Shown piece by piece: positions 12,703 to 26,692 of a stretch of 64,000 nt of DNA. A program made the translations under genes and the position numbers. Origin of the DNA: Octopus bimaculoides (Eukaryota). The DNA lies in NCBI RefSeq assembly GCF_001194135.2, contig NC_068987.1, positions 81,838,597-81,902,596 of the forward strand, in the 5' to 3' direction. The notes beneath the pieces were generated by a model that ran no database searches, had not been told where the DNA came from, and was given only the letters and a program-made list of their open reading frames with translations. How positions within the stretch are numbered: the stretch's first letter is position 1; each line of letters opens with the position of its first letter.

Positions 12703-12940
12703 CACACACATATACACACATGTGTGTGTGTGTGAGTGTATCTGTTTGTATATCTCCATCACTGCTTGACAACTGGTGTTAGTGTATTTATGTCCCTCTA
12801 ACTTAGTGGTTTGGCAAAAGAGACTGATGGAATTAGTACCTGGCTTCAAAAAGTCTTGGGGGTCAATTTGTTCGACTAAAACCTTTCAAGTCAGAGCTCC
12901 AGCATGGCCACAGTATGACTGAAACAAGTGATAGAATAAA
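12401..12940 (+). mobile_element. SINE family A with nested RTE 3' tail and (TA)n
   Basis: Family A head and tail flank ccatgccagcatggaaggtggacattaaacg. Confidence 0.8.
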
Positions 12941-14149
12941 GAGTTTTAAAAAATTAATGAAAAGGGGCCAGTTTTGGAAAACGTATTTGTGGGGAGTGTT
13001 CGCTCCCCTTACTCTCCTAAGAGCTGTTCCACTGCAGGCCATACTGGGGCACTGCCTTGAAGGGTTTTAGTTGAGCAAATTCACCCTGGTACATTTAATA
13101 AGCTTGGTACTTCTTCTGTTTGTCTCTTTTGTCAAACTGCTAAATTCTGAGGGCATAGACAAACCAACATCAGTTGCTAAGCATAAATTTTACTCCAGCA
13201 ACCTTTCGCTTCAAATCAAATTGAAGAGTAAAAATCATAAAAACTTTAAATACTTTAGATGTTTTTATGTTTTTTTTTAAACGTTTTCAGAAAAAAAAGG
13301 TGTGACATTTATAGTTAATTTTCAACACTTCACCACAAATGCCGTTCTTTCTCAATCAAATCAAACAATTAATTCTCATTTAGTTTGCTTCTAGTGTCCT
13401 TTCTTAAATTTATTGACTTCAAAATCACTTCTGCTCTATATTTGTTTGTAATAGTTTTGTGATGTTTTTGTTAATTTCTTATGCCTTGTTTGTGACATTC
13501 ATTTGTCACAAACACTATTTTATTGTTGTAATTAAGAATTATTTTTATGTTTCTGTTATTTGGTTTTGAGTTGTTTTTGCTATTGAACTGTTGTTTAAAA
13601 TGTTCAAATACTTTTGTTTTTATTCATTCTTGCTGCTTAACCCTCCGCCTGTTCAAATTATTTTCATTAGTTTGGTCTAAATGACCATGCTTATCTTTAG
13701 ACTTTCAGTTAGCCCTTGTTTCATATGAGGCGTTTAGTAACAGACCACCATAAACGCCACAACTTAAAAACCAAGAAAAACGCAGTCAAAGTTTGACGAA
13801 TTTCAGAATGCGATATCTTGGCAAGGAATGATGTTAAGAAGCTGGTTTTGGTCTTAAAATGACCGTGAAGATCTTCTCTAATCATTCCACCAACGTAAAA
13901 TTATTTATGTATGCATCTGAAACATTAAACAAAGACTGTCTTGCTCATTTTGTAGAATATACCAGTACTACGAAGCAATATATCGCATTGCCTATTTTAG
14001 CCATAATACCTAGGAAAAAAAAATACAGAGAACCCCCNNNNNNNNNNAAACAGATTTAGAAATTCCAGAGTTTATGATCTAAAACAGAATTTTTTTTAAA
14101 TAAGAGATAATCAATCCTATTCATTTCACTGCAATATTCAATAATATTA

Positions 14150-14368
14150 AGGCGGTGAGCTGGCAGAAATATTAGCACGCCAGGTGAAATACTTAGTGAT
14201 ATTTCGTCTGTCTTTACGTTCTGAGTTCTAATTCCGCTGAGGTCGACTTTGCCTTTCATCCTTTCTGGTTCGATAAATTAAGTACCAGTTGTGTACTGGG
14301 GTCAATCTAATCAACTGGCCCCTTCCCCAAAAATTTCAGACTTTGTGCCTAGAGTAGAAAAGAATATT
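14150..14368 (+). mobile_element. tRNA-derived SINE family B
   Basis: ggcggtgagctggcagaa head, B-box gagttc(a/t)aattcc, central gactttgcctttcatcctt...gataaattaagtaccag; ends aagaatatt. Confidence 0.9.
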
Positions 14369-14764
14369 CAGTAATATTTGTCTTTTATTTGTTTCAGTCA
14401 TTCGACTGTGGCCATGCAGGGGCACTGCCTTGAAGGGTTTTAGTCAAACAAATCGACTACAGTTCTTAATTTTTTCATAAGTCTGGTATTTATTCTATCA
14501 GACTCTTGCTAAACTGCTTAGTTACAGGGACATAAATGAACCAACAGTGATTGTCAAGTGATAGGGATGGAGATGACAAATAAAGACACACACACACACA
14601 CACATATATCATCATCATTTTTAAACATCCATGTACCCATGCCAGCATGGAAGGAGACGTTAAATGATGATGATGATATGCCATGCTGACATGGGTGAGA
14701 CGGTGTGACAAGGATCCAATGAGTCAAGGACTATATCGTACTTCAATGTCTAAGCCTTCACACA

Positions 14765-15008
14765 TTTCTTATTTCTTATTTATTTATTGCCCACAAGGGG
14801 CTACACACAGAGGGGACAAGCAAGGACAGACGAAAGGGATTAAGTCGATTATATCGACCCCAGTGCGTAACTGGTACTTATTTAATCGACCTCGAAAGGA
14901 TGAAAGGCAAAGTCAACCTCGGTGGAATTTGAACTCAGAACGTAGCGGCAGACGAAATACCGCTAAGCATTTCGCCCGGCGTGCTAACGCTTCTGCCAGC
15001 TTACCGCC
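14765..15008 (-). mobile_element. SINE family B variant with alternative 3' tail
   Basis: Same head and central domain as 14150-14368, but ends gtcccctctgtgtgtagccccttgtgggcaataaataaataag. Confidence 0.85.
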
Positions 15009-15195
15009 TTCACACATTTCTATCTACCAAATTCACTCACAAGGCATTGGTCAACCCAGGGATTTAACAGAAGACACTTTAAGGTGCAACACAGTGGGAC
15101 TGAACTTGAAACACTGTGGTTGCAAAGTGAACTGCTTAAAAACACAGCCATACTTAAATAGAGAACTAAATGAATGAATGAAATATTATGTAGAA

Positions 15196-15505
15196 AATAG
15201 GGTAAAGGCCCCTTTTGGTCATGAATGACCATGGAATTGAACCTAAAACGTTCCCCTCCGAGGCATGTGTCTGAAAAAGGTTACTTATGGAAGACCAGCA
15301 TTTGCCCATGCATACTAGGCTTCCCTTTCTTCATCACCGATGTTAACCAAGGCAAAGGCTGCTACAGCTTGGCACCAGGGACGTCACAACTCATTTCTAC
15401 AGCTGAATGAACAGAAGCAACATGAAATAAAGTGTCTCGCTCAAGAATACAACACACAGCCTGGTCCAGGAATTGAACGCACAACCTCGTGATTCTGAGC
15501 CCAAA
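15196..15505 (-). mobile_element. Separate tRNA-derived SINE (V/Deu-like central segment)
   Basis: Minus strand reads ggctcagaatcacgaggttgtgcgttcaattcctgg...ttcttgagcgagacactttatttcatgttgcttc...cagctgtagaaatgag. Confidence 0.65.
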
Positions 15506-15571
15506 AGATTATAGTAAATTAGAAAACTGCATAATACAACCCAAGAGAACGGTCTGCATATCTACCCTTAA

Positions 15572-15769
15572 CTCTTTCACATTTAAACTGGCCATATCTA
15601 TTCTATGCTCAAGCCAGCCAGACCTGGCATCTCACACATACCCTACAATGTCATTCCAAAAATAAACAATAGCATTAATGAATTTCAAAGCTACAAGATT
15701 ATGCACACCTTAATTCAAAACAATTTGAATAAGCATTGCATCTGACAGAGTAACCTGGATGCAGATGGG
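15572..15769. mobile_element. piggyBac-like MITE (TTAA-type ends)
   Basis: ttaa|ctctttcacattt...tggatgcagatggg|ttag; related copies at ~18250-18446 and 26464-26692. Confidence 0.65.
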
Positions 15770-16299
15770 TTAGGCATGTGCCTTCTGCTACAGCCTTGGG
15801 CCAACCAAAGCCTTGTGAGTGACTTCATAGATGGAAACTGAAAGAAGCCCATCATATACATGTGTTTGTGACTGTTTGTCTTCACCACAACTTGACAACC
15901 AGTGTTGCTGCGTTTATGTCCCTATAACTTAGCAGTTTGGCAAAAGAGACTGATAGAAAAAGTACCAATCTTAAAGAAATATAAGTAGTGGGGTCGGCCC
16001 CAGCATGGCAGCAGTTTAATGATTGAAGCAAGTAAAAGATAAAAGATACATATATACATACATATAAATGTGATGTATAATTTACATACATACATATTTT
16101 TACATGCATACATGGCTAGCATGCATAAAAAAAACCATAAAGGCAAAATTATTAATTAATAATGAAGGGTACTACTTGTTGCACCAGCATGCTAAAAATA
16201 GCAGTCAGAATGAATCAAAACCACAGTTAATATATTTATATACCCATCAAGCTGAGCAAAACTTGAGAAGACCGATCAACCTGAGCAAATGCAGTCATA

Positions 16300-16515
16300 G
16301 CAGATACCGGTGTCATACAAATGGCACCCGTGCTGGTGGCACATAAAAGCACCCATTACACTCTTGGAGTGGTTGGCATTGTTAGGAAGGGCATCCGGCT
16401 GTAGAAAACCATGCCAAATCAGAATGGAGCCTGGCACAGTCTTTCCAGCATGACAGCCCAGTCAAACCATCCAACCCATGCCAGCATGGACAACAGACAT
16501 TAGATGATGATGAAA
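16300..16515 (+). mobile_element. RTE 3'-UTR (family C)
   Basis: gttaggaagggcatccggctgtagaaa...ccatgccagcatgg...(gat)n. Confidence 0.8.
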
Positions 16516-16885
16516 CATATATATACACATACATCATCATTGTTTAACATCCATTTTACATACACACATTCACATGTATACAAATATCTATGCACTCTTA
16601 CTGTCCATTCCTTTATTTATGTGAGCGTATACCAATACACTTACATTCTTGATAATTCTGTAAAATCACATATAAACAACATTGATATTTATACACAAAC
16701 AGCCATGTTATTAGAAGCGTATATTATTAGTACTCCCATATTAGTACATAAATATTGTAAATATGTAGTCCACATCAACACCAGCATATTGAATTTCAGG
16801 TGCAAAGTTTACATAACTCCTGATATTTTAGAAGAGACTGCAACTTAAAATATGAAACCTATATATTTGAAGGAAAGTACATCTA

Positions 16886-16887
<2 letters not shown>

Positions 16888-16980
<93 letters not shown>

Positions 16981-16995
16981 CACATACACACACAC
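16888..16995. repeat. Long (TA)n microsatellite
   Basis: Directly visible. Confidence 0.95.
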
Positions 16996-17309
16996 TCACA
17001 CTCCCTTTCTAGATGACTTTCATAAAAAAAATGAAAGAAATAGTTAAATTAAAAATAATTAAATTAAAGCCATGTATTTTAAGTAGGGTACACATAACAT
17101 GCATGTTGCTATTTTTTTTAGCTGATTCTCGAAAATATGAAAGAAATTAAAATTGGATTTGTTACATGGGCTCATTTATATATATTAGGGATGCATGGCT
17201 TTTTTGCATTCATGCAGGAAATACCATTAGTATGCACACATGTGGTGTAAAATTTATATATATATATATATACACATACATTTCCATGCATAACACATTT
17301 CTTCTAACT

Positions 17310-17620
17310 TTGACTGTGGCCATGCTGGGGCACTGCCATAAAGAGTTTTAGTCAAGTGAATTCACCTTAGTGCTTACCTTGGATTAGAAGCCTGGTACTT
17401 TTTCTGTACCCTTTACTGAACCGTAAAGTTATGAGAATGTAAACAAACCAACACCAGTTATTAAGTGGTGATGGGGTAGACAAACACAAAAACATACGTG
17501 TGTGTGTGTATGCAATAGGCTTCTTATACTTTCCATCAACCAATTCCTTCATAAGGCTTTGGTTAGACCGGGGCTATAGTAGAAAACACTTGGCCAAGGT
17601 GCACGCAGTAGGCCTGTACC
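17310..17620 (-). mobile_element. SINE family A, diverged
   Basis: gactgtggccatgctggggcac...gacacttggccaaggtgcacgcagt. Confidence 0.75.
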
Positions 17621-18162
17621 ATGTAATTATATGCATGCACACGTGTATAAAATATATGCGTGTAATATATACACATCCTAATAAAGACAACAAGTAATTG
17701 GAAAATGAAGTTTGCATAATTATCTGTAGATATGCACATACACACACACACACATATTGGGTCATCCCATAAATAATGCGGTTCTTTTATACTTCTTTTA
17801 TTTTTCAAAATTAAGATAAACAAAGTTCTTTTTTAATCTAAAATATATTCTCCTTCATTTTCTACAATGCTCTTCCATCTATCTGGTAGACTTGCAAGGT
17901 TCCAAAAATCAGTTGTCTGTGATGAAAGACACTCCCCCAGTACTGTTCTGACCTTGTCTACAGAATTCATATTTTTTTCATCCAAATGATTTTGAAGACT
18001 GCAGAATAGATGATAATCAGATGGGTTTTTTTTATCTCATTACAAAAAGTAAATCCTTATATATATATATATATATATATNNNNNNNNNNCAGTCCTCAG
18101 TCAAATCGTCCAACCCATGCTAGCATGGAAAGCGGACGTTAAACGATGATGATGATGATGAT

Positions 18163-18195
<33 letters not shown>

Positions 18196-18249
18196 TTCTT
18201 TCATTCTTTCTTTAACATTGTACTGTTTAAGTGTGACTGGTCTTTTGAA

Positions 18250-18446
18250 AATGGCATTTAAGTCAGTCATATCCAGCCCAAATATTCTACCTGTTTTATG
18301 TTCAAACTAACCAGATCCAGCCTGTCACACCTACCCTGTAATGTCCTAAAATTAAACATCACTGAAATCTTAATGCTGAGATGATGCATGATTAATTCAA
18401 AACAATATGAATAAGCATTAAATTTAAGATTAATTTGAATGCAGTT
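18250..18446. mobile_element. piggyBac-like MITE, diverged copy
   Basis: Shares atattctacctgttttatgttcaaac...attaattcaaaacaat with the 15572 and 26464 copies. Confidence 0.6.
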
Positions 18447-18544
18447 AATATATAATTGAATTGTATATGCATGTATTTGATTTTCAATTGGTCAATTTTT
18501 ATCTTAATTTTTATAATTTATTTGCATTTGTATATGTTTATATA

Positions 18545-19300
18545 TATGCAAAAGAATAGCTGGAGAAAGTTCAGAGAGCTTCTACCTTTGTTGTAACAAA
18601 GGGTCTCTTCCAAGTGAAAGGCAGATTGCTACACAGCCATGAAACATGGGCTGTGACAGTAGAGGACATGCAGAAGCTTGAAAGAAATGAAGCTCTTATG
18701 CTTTGCCAGATGTGCAATGTCAGTGTGCATGTGTGAGTGGCCGTAAGCATCTTAAGAGAGAAATTAGGCATAAGGGGCATCAGATATGGTGTGCAAGAAA
18801 GATTACTGCACTGGCATAGTCATGTGATGTGTATGAATGAGGACAGCTGTGTAAAGAAGTACTGAGATCTAACTGTCGAGGGGGAACCCATGGAAGAGGT
18901 GGATACAGGAAGACATGGGACGAGTTGTTGAAACATGACCTTCAGGTGTTGGGTCTCACTGAATGGATGACAAATGATTGAGGCCTTCAGTGATTTGCTG
19001 TGCTTGAGAAGATTTGTCAGGACAAGTGAAATCATAATCGTAGACAATGCTGGTAACACATAAAAGGTGATAGTAATACATAAAAGGCACCCATAATGGT
19101 AACACATAAAAGGCACTTGTGACAGTGACACATAAAAGGCACCAGTGCTGGTGACATGTAAAAGGCACCTAGAACTAAGAAGGGTATCCAGCAGTAGAAA
19201 TAAAGCTCCCTGGTACAGCTCTCTGGCTTAACCAGTTCCAGTCAAACTGTCCAACCTATACCAGCATGGAAAATGCTTGCTAAGTGATGATGGTGATATA
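18545..19300 (+). mobile_element. RTE LINE 3' fragment (ORF2 end + UTR)
   Basis: ctacacagccatgaaacatgggc (LHxxETW), gtcgagggggaacccatggaagagg (VEG..GRG), followed by the family C UTR. Confidence 0.8.
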
Positions 19301-19760
19301 CTCAATCATTTTTTTTTTTTTTTATGTATTCAATTTCATTTCTGTACATACATCCAATTAAATGCTTACATTTTTTGTGTTCATTCTTGAAATATTCTTT
19401 TCAAAAGTTTCTTGCTTTTGTATTCAGGCTTAGTTTGATAATTGGAGATGTTAAACTTAGGATTTAATTTTCAGCTTAATTAACATATTTTAATACTCAA
19501 GTTTCTCTATCAAATATATTCTTTTCTCCTATTTTTCAGTTTCCACTGAAGTCTGTTTATTCAAACATCTACACACACACACACACATGCGTGCACACAC
19601 ACGTGTGCATGCACACATGCACTCACTCTCGTATACACACACACACCCATGCACACATACACATATACACATACAGGCATAAAGAATACCTTTCTTTTGT
19701 TTGTTACATAAACTTATATATATACATATGTCTATATATATACGGGGAGAGATGTGTGTA

Positions 19761-19806
<46 letters not shown>

Positions 19807-19826
19807 CACACACACATCTCTTTCTC

Positions 19827-19861
<35 letters not shown>

Positions 19862-19867
19862 TATACA

Positions 19868-20096
19868 CAGTAATTTCTCAACTATCGTGGGTGTTACATT
19901 CTCAAAAACCCTGCAGTAGGTGAAAATTCATGAAGTAAAAACAGTACTGTATATATTTCTTTTATTATTTTCATAATTTGTATATATTTTATTATAGATG
20001 CAAAACAACACCACGGAGGAATTGACGTAAGCTAAAATAATAAACCACGACAGATGAACCGCAATAGGTGAACCACGATATGGTAAGGGATTACTG
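19868..20096. mobile_element. Tigger-like MITE (~230 bp)
   Basis: cagtaatttctcaactatcgtgg / ccacgatatggtaagggattactg|ta TIRs; second copy at 53639-53845. Confidence 0.75.
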
Positions 20097-20409
20097 TATA
20101 TCAAATGGTAAAAGGGATTAATAAATCCAGGCTGATATCTAAGAAAGCACTAAGTGCTAAGTAAATTTGGTTAACTCTATCAGATACCAATAAATCCAAA
20201 TAGAATTAACATCCAGGGTAATTCCTCATGTATGATAAGTAGATCCAAATATCACTTAGAGGAATTTCAAGAAATCTGGAGTAATTGACAACATGAACAA
20301 GAATGAAGAAAATCATATCTTTAATTGATGACTACGGCATACATAACCAATAATCATTTCTATTGTGCGAGAAGATTTAGATACAGAAAGAGGTACACAT
20401 CAATTTTCT

Positions 20410-20775
20410 TTTACTTGTTTCAGTCATTTGACTGTGGCCATGCTGGGGCACCGCCTTTAGTCAAGCAAATCAACCCCAGGACTTATTCTTTGTAAGCCTA
20501 GTACTTATTCTATCGGTGTCTCTTTTGCTGAAGTGCTAAGTTACGGGGATGTAAACACACCAGCATCGGTTGTCAAGCGATGTTGGGGAGACACACATAC
20601 ACACATATCTACGATGGGTTTCTTTCAGTTTCTGTCTACCAAATCTACTCACAAGGCTTTGGTCAGCCCATGGCTATAGTAGAAGACACTTGCCCAAGGT
20701 GTCCCGCAGTGGGACTGAACCCGGAACTATGTGGTTGGTAAGCAAGCTACATACCACACAGACACTCCTGTGCCT
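20410..20775 (-). mobile_element. SINE family A, full length
   Basis: Reverse complement of the family A consensus seen in the window. Confidence 0.9.
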
Positions 20776-20858
20776 ATATCCAAAAATTTATGCTATAACA
20801 ATGTTTATCAAGATTTTGTATTTGGGTTGCAAGATTGTTTATGTGAATTTGTGTGTTG

Positions 20859-21043
20859 AAGCATATTTTATTGTCTGGGGAGAGTAATTCTCTTTTAGTA
20901 CCTTATTATTTAACACATTCACCTTAATGTTGCAAGACGCAATGAAAATTTTAGAAAAAATAAGTGGAAATCAAACCAGTGAGTGTGTTAAATTAATAAG
21001 GCTCTAAAAGAGAACAACTCTCCTCAGACACAATAAAATGTTT
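20859..21043. mobile_element. Foldback arrangement of a Penelope-pLTR-like repeat
   Basis: Arms 20859-20922 and 20979-21043 are inverted; same family present uninverted at 37960-38102. Confidence 0.6.
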
Positions 21044-21049
21044 ATCAAT

Positions 21050-21211
21050 GTTTCTCTCTCTTTTTTTCTCTCTCTTTATTTCTCTCTCTCTCTCTCTCTC
21101 TCTTTCTTTCTCTCTCTTTCTTTCTCCCTCTCTCTTTCTTTCTTTCTCTCTTTCTCTCTCTCACTCCTTCTCTCTCTCTCTCACTCACACACACACACAC
21201 ACACACACACA
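21050..21211. repeat. (CT)n/(CA)n low-complexity tract
   Basis: Directly visible. Confidence 0.95.
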
Positions 21212-22384
21212 CGTAAATGGTAACAAATGGCAAAAAAATACTCAGTCCCTGCCTAGATTGGACCTTGAATAATTTAACAATTCAATGTAATCAGCCAGTA
21301 TTGAACTGACTGAAACAGAACTGTGAAATCCATCAGACTTCATCAAGCATCATACTCCTGACATGGCTGCTCTTTCTGTAAGAACTGAAGTCAAATGACT
21401 CCACATTATCAAAAGAAGAAAATCAACTGAAAGTTTCTATATTTATAGTCTTTGGCCTATGGTACTGGAACATGGACACAAATCAGAGGAAACTTCTGAT
21501 TTCTCTAGCTCTTGTTCTCAGTGTAAAGTTAATTACAAAGAGAAGTCAAATAGTGATCAGACGAAATTAAAGAAACTTGTTTGATTTCTCATTCTAATTA
21601 AATTCACACTTAGAGGTGAGAGACATAGAGATTGGAGGTTTCCATAGCTCTTGTAAAAAGTTCATCAACCACATACTGATGTCTATAAATATAGGAGTTT
21701 CAATCTATTTATCTTTGTCTTTCCATGGCTCTTTTGGTGACATGAAGATGTAAGTTCATCCATTTGAACTTTGCTTCTGGCAGGAATGGGCAGCAATGTT
21801 AATAGGAAGTTAATGAACATTAGTCTGTATATTACCATTTCCTATGCAAGCGGAATCATTATCATCATCATCATCATCGTTTTAGTGTCCACTTTTCCAT
21901 TCTGGTGTGGGTTGTAAAGAATTTGTTGAGGTAAATTTTCTACAGCTGGATGCCCTTCTACTCATAAGGCTTTGGTTGGCCCAAGGTTATAGCAGAAGAC
22001 ACTTACCCAAGGTGTTCTGCAGTGGGACTGAACCCGGAACCATGTGGTTGGGAAGCAAGCTTCTTACCGCACAGCCACTCCTATAACAAAAGACCTTTAT
22101 TCCATTAACTTTTACTGCACAAGAACTGAGTACACTTGTTTCTGTAGAAGTACACTTGAGACACAGGAAGAGAATTAACTCAATTTTAATAGTGGGATAC
22201 TTCCCAGAATTCTCCATGTTTCATATGATGTAGTACACACATTTTATTTTTACTCACCAATAGAAAGAGGTTGTGAGAACTGATTTGCATATAATTAGCA
22301 TGTTACATCAGCAGCAGAAATTTAATGAACCCAATGAGGGTTAAGAAACAAGTGGACAAACGAGAGGAACAATTAATGGTTGAT

Positions 22385-22615
22385 GTACGGTAAATATTGG
22401 CTTCAAATTTTGGTACATGGCCAGCAGTTTTAGGAAAGGGGCTAAGTCAGTTACATCGACCCCAGTATTCAACAGGTACTTATTTTATTGACCCCAAAAT
22501 GATGAAAGGTAAAGTCGACCATGGCAGAATTTGAACTCAGAACGTAAAGATGGCTGAAATGCCACAATATTTTGCTCAGTGGTGCTTATGATTTTGCTGG
22601 CTTGTCACTTTGATG
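22385..22615 (-). mobile_element. SINE family B
   Basis: gatgaaaggtaaagtcgacc...aatttgaactcagaacgtaaag. Confidence 0.8.
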
Positions 22616-22689
22616 TGTGGCAAATATTAAAAAAAGAAAAATGGTTAGAACTAGTCACAGTGTTTATGCTAGTGCTTTAGTGCAAAGAG

Positions 22690-22940
22690 ATCCCAGAATA
22701 TACAGATTTGAGAGACAATGGTCTTTGAAAACGCCAAGCAATTATGTGAAGATGATACAGGTATCACTTGAGAGACTTGTGTATTTACAGTTGAATGGTT
22801 TAAAAACATTCCAATATGACGTGGCATCTGGGAAGAAATCGACAGATATTGATGGCTGAGTTAAAAGACATAATTTTGTTGCTTTTTAGACTGTGTTCCA
22901 TTACATCAGTATATTCGATAGCACAGAAATACCTAGGTCT
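22690..22940 (+). mobile_element. Possible pogo/Tigger transposase remnant (CENP-B-type HTH)
   Basis: Frameshifted pieces VFENAKQLC, VEWFK..RGI, SGKKSTDIDG loosely resemble AKxL...GWFxxFKxRxGI...SGExxSAD. Confidence 0.3.
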
Positions 22941-22999
22941 CAAGGGGTCAGGATTAGTGGAACTGTACTGCACACATATATTTCTACATACTGTATGTC

Positions 23000-23054
<55 letters not shown>

Positions 23055-23066
23055 NNNNNNNNNNNN

Positions 23067-23140
<74 letters not shown>

Positions 23141-23306
23141 CACACACACGCGTATATTTATGCATACTTATGCACACATATTTAGACACACACACCCACC
23201 CATATTTATGATTATGTGTGTGTGTGTGTGTATATCTATCTATCTATATATATATATCAATATATTATTATTATCATCATTAATGTTGTTATTATCATTA
23301 TTATTA

Positions 23307-23760
23307 AGGCAGTGAGTTGGCAGAATCGCTAGCATGCTGGATGAAATGCTCAGCAGTATTTCACCCATCACTACATTCTGAGTTAGAATTCTACCAAGGT
23401 CAACTTTGCCTTTCATCCTTTTGAGGTTGATAGATTAAGTACCAGTGAAACACTAGTGTCGATATAATCGACTAGTCCCTTCCCACCAAATTTCAGGCCT
23501 TGTGCCTTAAGTAGAAAGGATTACTATTATTTATTATTATTATAGTGGTGAGCTGGCAGAACTATTAGCATGCCAGGCAGAATGCTTAGTGGCATTTTAT
23601 CCGTCTTTATGTTCTGAGTTCAAATTTCACCAAGGTTGACTTTGCCTTTCATCCTTTTGAGGTCAATAAAATAAGTACCAGTTGAACATCAGCTTAACTG
23701 CTATCTCAAACTAACTGGCCTTGTGCCAAAATTTGAAATCATTATTATTATTATTATTAT
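23307..23760 (+). mobile_element. Two head-to-tail SINE family B copies in (ATT)n
   Basis: Heads at 23307 and ~23545, each ending in (ATT)n. Confidence 0.85.
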
Positions 23761-23799
23761 TATTGTTAACAACCACTAAAACCCTTATGTGAGCACCTT

Positions 23800-24445
23800 A
23801 CTCTTTACTCTCTTTCTTGTTTCAGTCATTTGACTTGCGGCTATGCTGGAGCACTGCCTTTAGTCGAGCAAATCAACCCCAGGATTTATTCTTTGTAAGC
23901 CTAGTACTTATTCCATCGGTCCCTTTTGCCAATCCGCTAAGTTACTGGAGCATAAACACACCAGCATCGGTTGTCAAGCGTGCTGGGGGGACTAACACAG
24001 ACACATAAACATATACACACACACACATACACATCATCATCATCATCGTTTAACGTCTGCTTTCCATGCTAGCATGGGTTGGACGATTTGACTGAGGACT
24101 GGTGAAACCAGATGGCTACACCAGGCTCCAATCTGATTTGGCAGAGTTTCTACAGCTGGATGCTCTTCCTAACGCCAACCACTCAGAGAGTGTAGTGGGT
24201 GCTTTTACGTGTCACTCGCACGAAGGCCAGTCAGGCAGTACTGGCAAAGGCCACTCTCAAACACACACACACACATATATATATATGTATATATATATAT
24301 GTATATATACACAATGGGCTTCTTTTAGTTTCTGCCTACCAAATCCACTCACAAGGCTTTGGTCAGCCTGAGGCTATAGTGGGACTGAATCCAGAACCAT
24401 GTAGTTGGTAAGCAAGCTACTTACCACACAGCCATTCCTGCGCCT
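23800..24445 (-). mobile_element. SINE family A with nested RTE 3'-UTR (24033-24255)
   Basis: Family A tail and head are split by catcatcgtttaacgtc...aaggccactctc. Confidence 0.85.
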
Positions 24446-25324
24446 ATTTGTTGAAAATCTTATCACATGGTATACATGGGTGTGTGTGTGTGTGTGTTCT
24501 TGCAGGTGTGCATAATGTGCTTATCTATGTATGTATGTATGCATAAACATATATATAGATAGATAGATAGATATTTCACGCTGGCCACTTGATCAAATCA
24601 TTAAAATTTTATCCTTAATTGTATATAAATAAATATATATACATATACACACACACACATATATCATTTAATGGCTGCTTTCTGTGCTGGTTTTATATAT
24701 ATGTGATGATGATAGATACACACACACACACACACACACACACACGTACAAATGTGTGTGTGTACAATTGTGTTCTAAATCAAATCTAATCTTTTTTCTT
24801 CTATTCATATTTTTTTAATGGTCTTTTATGTTTAATTTAGAGAGCAAAGGCATTCAAAATAATAAACATTTTTAAAGATCATCTCACACTCATGATTTCA
24901 ATGAAATGAAATGATTGTTGTATTGGAGTATTGTTCATGTGCCTTGCCAGTTGGAAGCAAAGAATTATAGGAATACTGTTGTAAACAATGAAATCATCGT
25001 TGTTGGAATTAATATAATTCAATGTTCAACTGCAGTTAGATTTCATTTACTCAATTCATAAACTATTGTATCTTTGTGTTGATTATGGGGGTTGTATTTT
25101 GTTATTGATGAGGCTTCTGAAGTTAATCATTTTTTTTTTCTTTTTGTGGGAATCCTTGCCGAAGATTTCATTCTTGTATTTGATTTGAAAGCTTCTTAAT
25201 GTGAACTAGTGTGATGATGCTGATTTTGTTGTATCTTGGGAGGGTCATTATGCCAATAATAAATACATGAACTGGTTTTATTTTACTTCTTTTTTTATTA
25301 GTAATCAGTTTAAGACAGTAAACA

Positions 25325-25535
25325 GGCAGATCTGATCGCACACTGGGCAAAATGCTTAGCGGCATTTTGTCCATCTTCATGTTCTGAGTTCAAATTCCAC
25401 TGAGGTCGACTTTGCCTTTCATCCTTTCAGGGTCAATAAATTAAGTACCAGTGAAATGCTGAGGTCGATGTAATTGTCTACTCTCCTCCCACACAATTTC
25501 AAGCCTTGTACCTTTGGTGGAAAGGATTATTAGTA
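25325..25535 (+). mobile_element. SINE family B
   Basis: aaatgcttagcggc...gaggtcgactttgcctttcatcc...gaaaggattatt. Confidence 0.8.
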
Positions 25536-26463
25536 GTCAATCTGTTAATCATTTAACAATGAAGTCATCAATTGTTTGATTAATCAGTCTGCCAATTAAT
25601 CAATCTGCTAGGTTTGTTAGAGTCCTTTTACTGTCATTTGCAACCTCATCAATGACATTCCCTCTCTCCTCCAGGTCTAAAGCCATCATCTAATGTTTCC
25701 CATGTAATTTTGTTTGCATACTGCAATATTCCCTTATTATAAATGCTTGGACGATCAACTGCAAGTGATGTTACCAGTATGTCCAATGTAACAGTTTGAG
25801 TCATGAAGTTTAAAACTTTGGTGTTTACATTGAAATTTCTATTTTATTTTGATTGTCTGGAGTATACTCAATGGTTTTGAAGCCAGTGGTTTCATGTTGA
25901 TGAGAAGAGAGATGATTCTGGTGTTTATCCAATCTATTTTTATTATTAATTTGTGATTGGGTGCCATATCAGTTTGTACATAGGGTTTACTTCAGGGACA
26001 ACATGTGTCATATGTGTTTTTATTCAGTGCCCTGCATGAGTGAATTTGTTATACTGTTTTATAGTTTGGCCTACTAATATGTTAACTATTGTTTGTTACA
26101 CTAATGAGGTTTCTTTATTTAAAATTTCTTTGTGGGTGAGAATCAAAAAGCTCTTCTAAGAAGAAAGTTGACTACAGTATTTTGTATTTATGATGTCATT
26201 CACCATTTCTGTATCTGCATAAATATTTCTTTGCATTTTTCCATATGTTGACATGGGTGTTTTTGTTATTCCTTATTCCTTCAATTATATCTAGAATGGT
26301 GGTGCTGCTGGAAGTATCTTAATTTATTTTAGAAATATGTTTGATTGTAAACTTTAAAATGGAATTATTTTCACGATCATCTTTAAATCTGTTATCTTAT
26401 TCGTTGTTATCTGTCACAATAAATATATAAATCACATAGCTGATATGGACAGTGTAATTATAT

Positions 26464-26692
26464 TTAATGATTTAGCATTTAAATTGGCCATAATCCAATC
26501 AAAATATTCTACCTGTTTTGTGTTAAAACTGTCAAAATCTAGCCTTTTGTACCTACCCTACAATGTCATTCCAAAAATCTACAATCACATCATTGAAATC
26601 TCAGAGCTACAAGATAATACGCGATTAATTCAAAACAATGTAAATTAATAAGCATTTCATTTGACCGAATAATTTTAATGCCAAATGGTTAA
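26464..26692. mobile_element. piggyBac-like MITE
   Basis: ttaa...tttagcattt / aatgccaaatgg|ttaa. Confidence 0.65.

Noticed and set aside
13637-14037. piggyBac-like element starting TTAACCCTCCG
   Set aside because: No matching right TIR found before the gap; cannot be supported.
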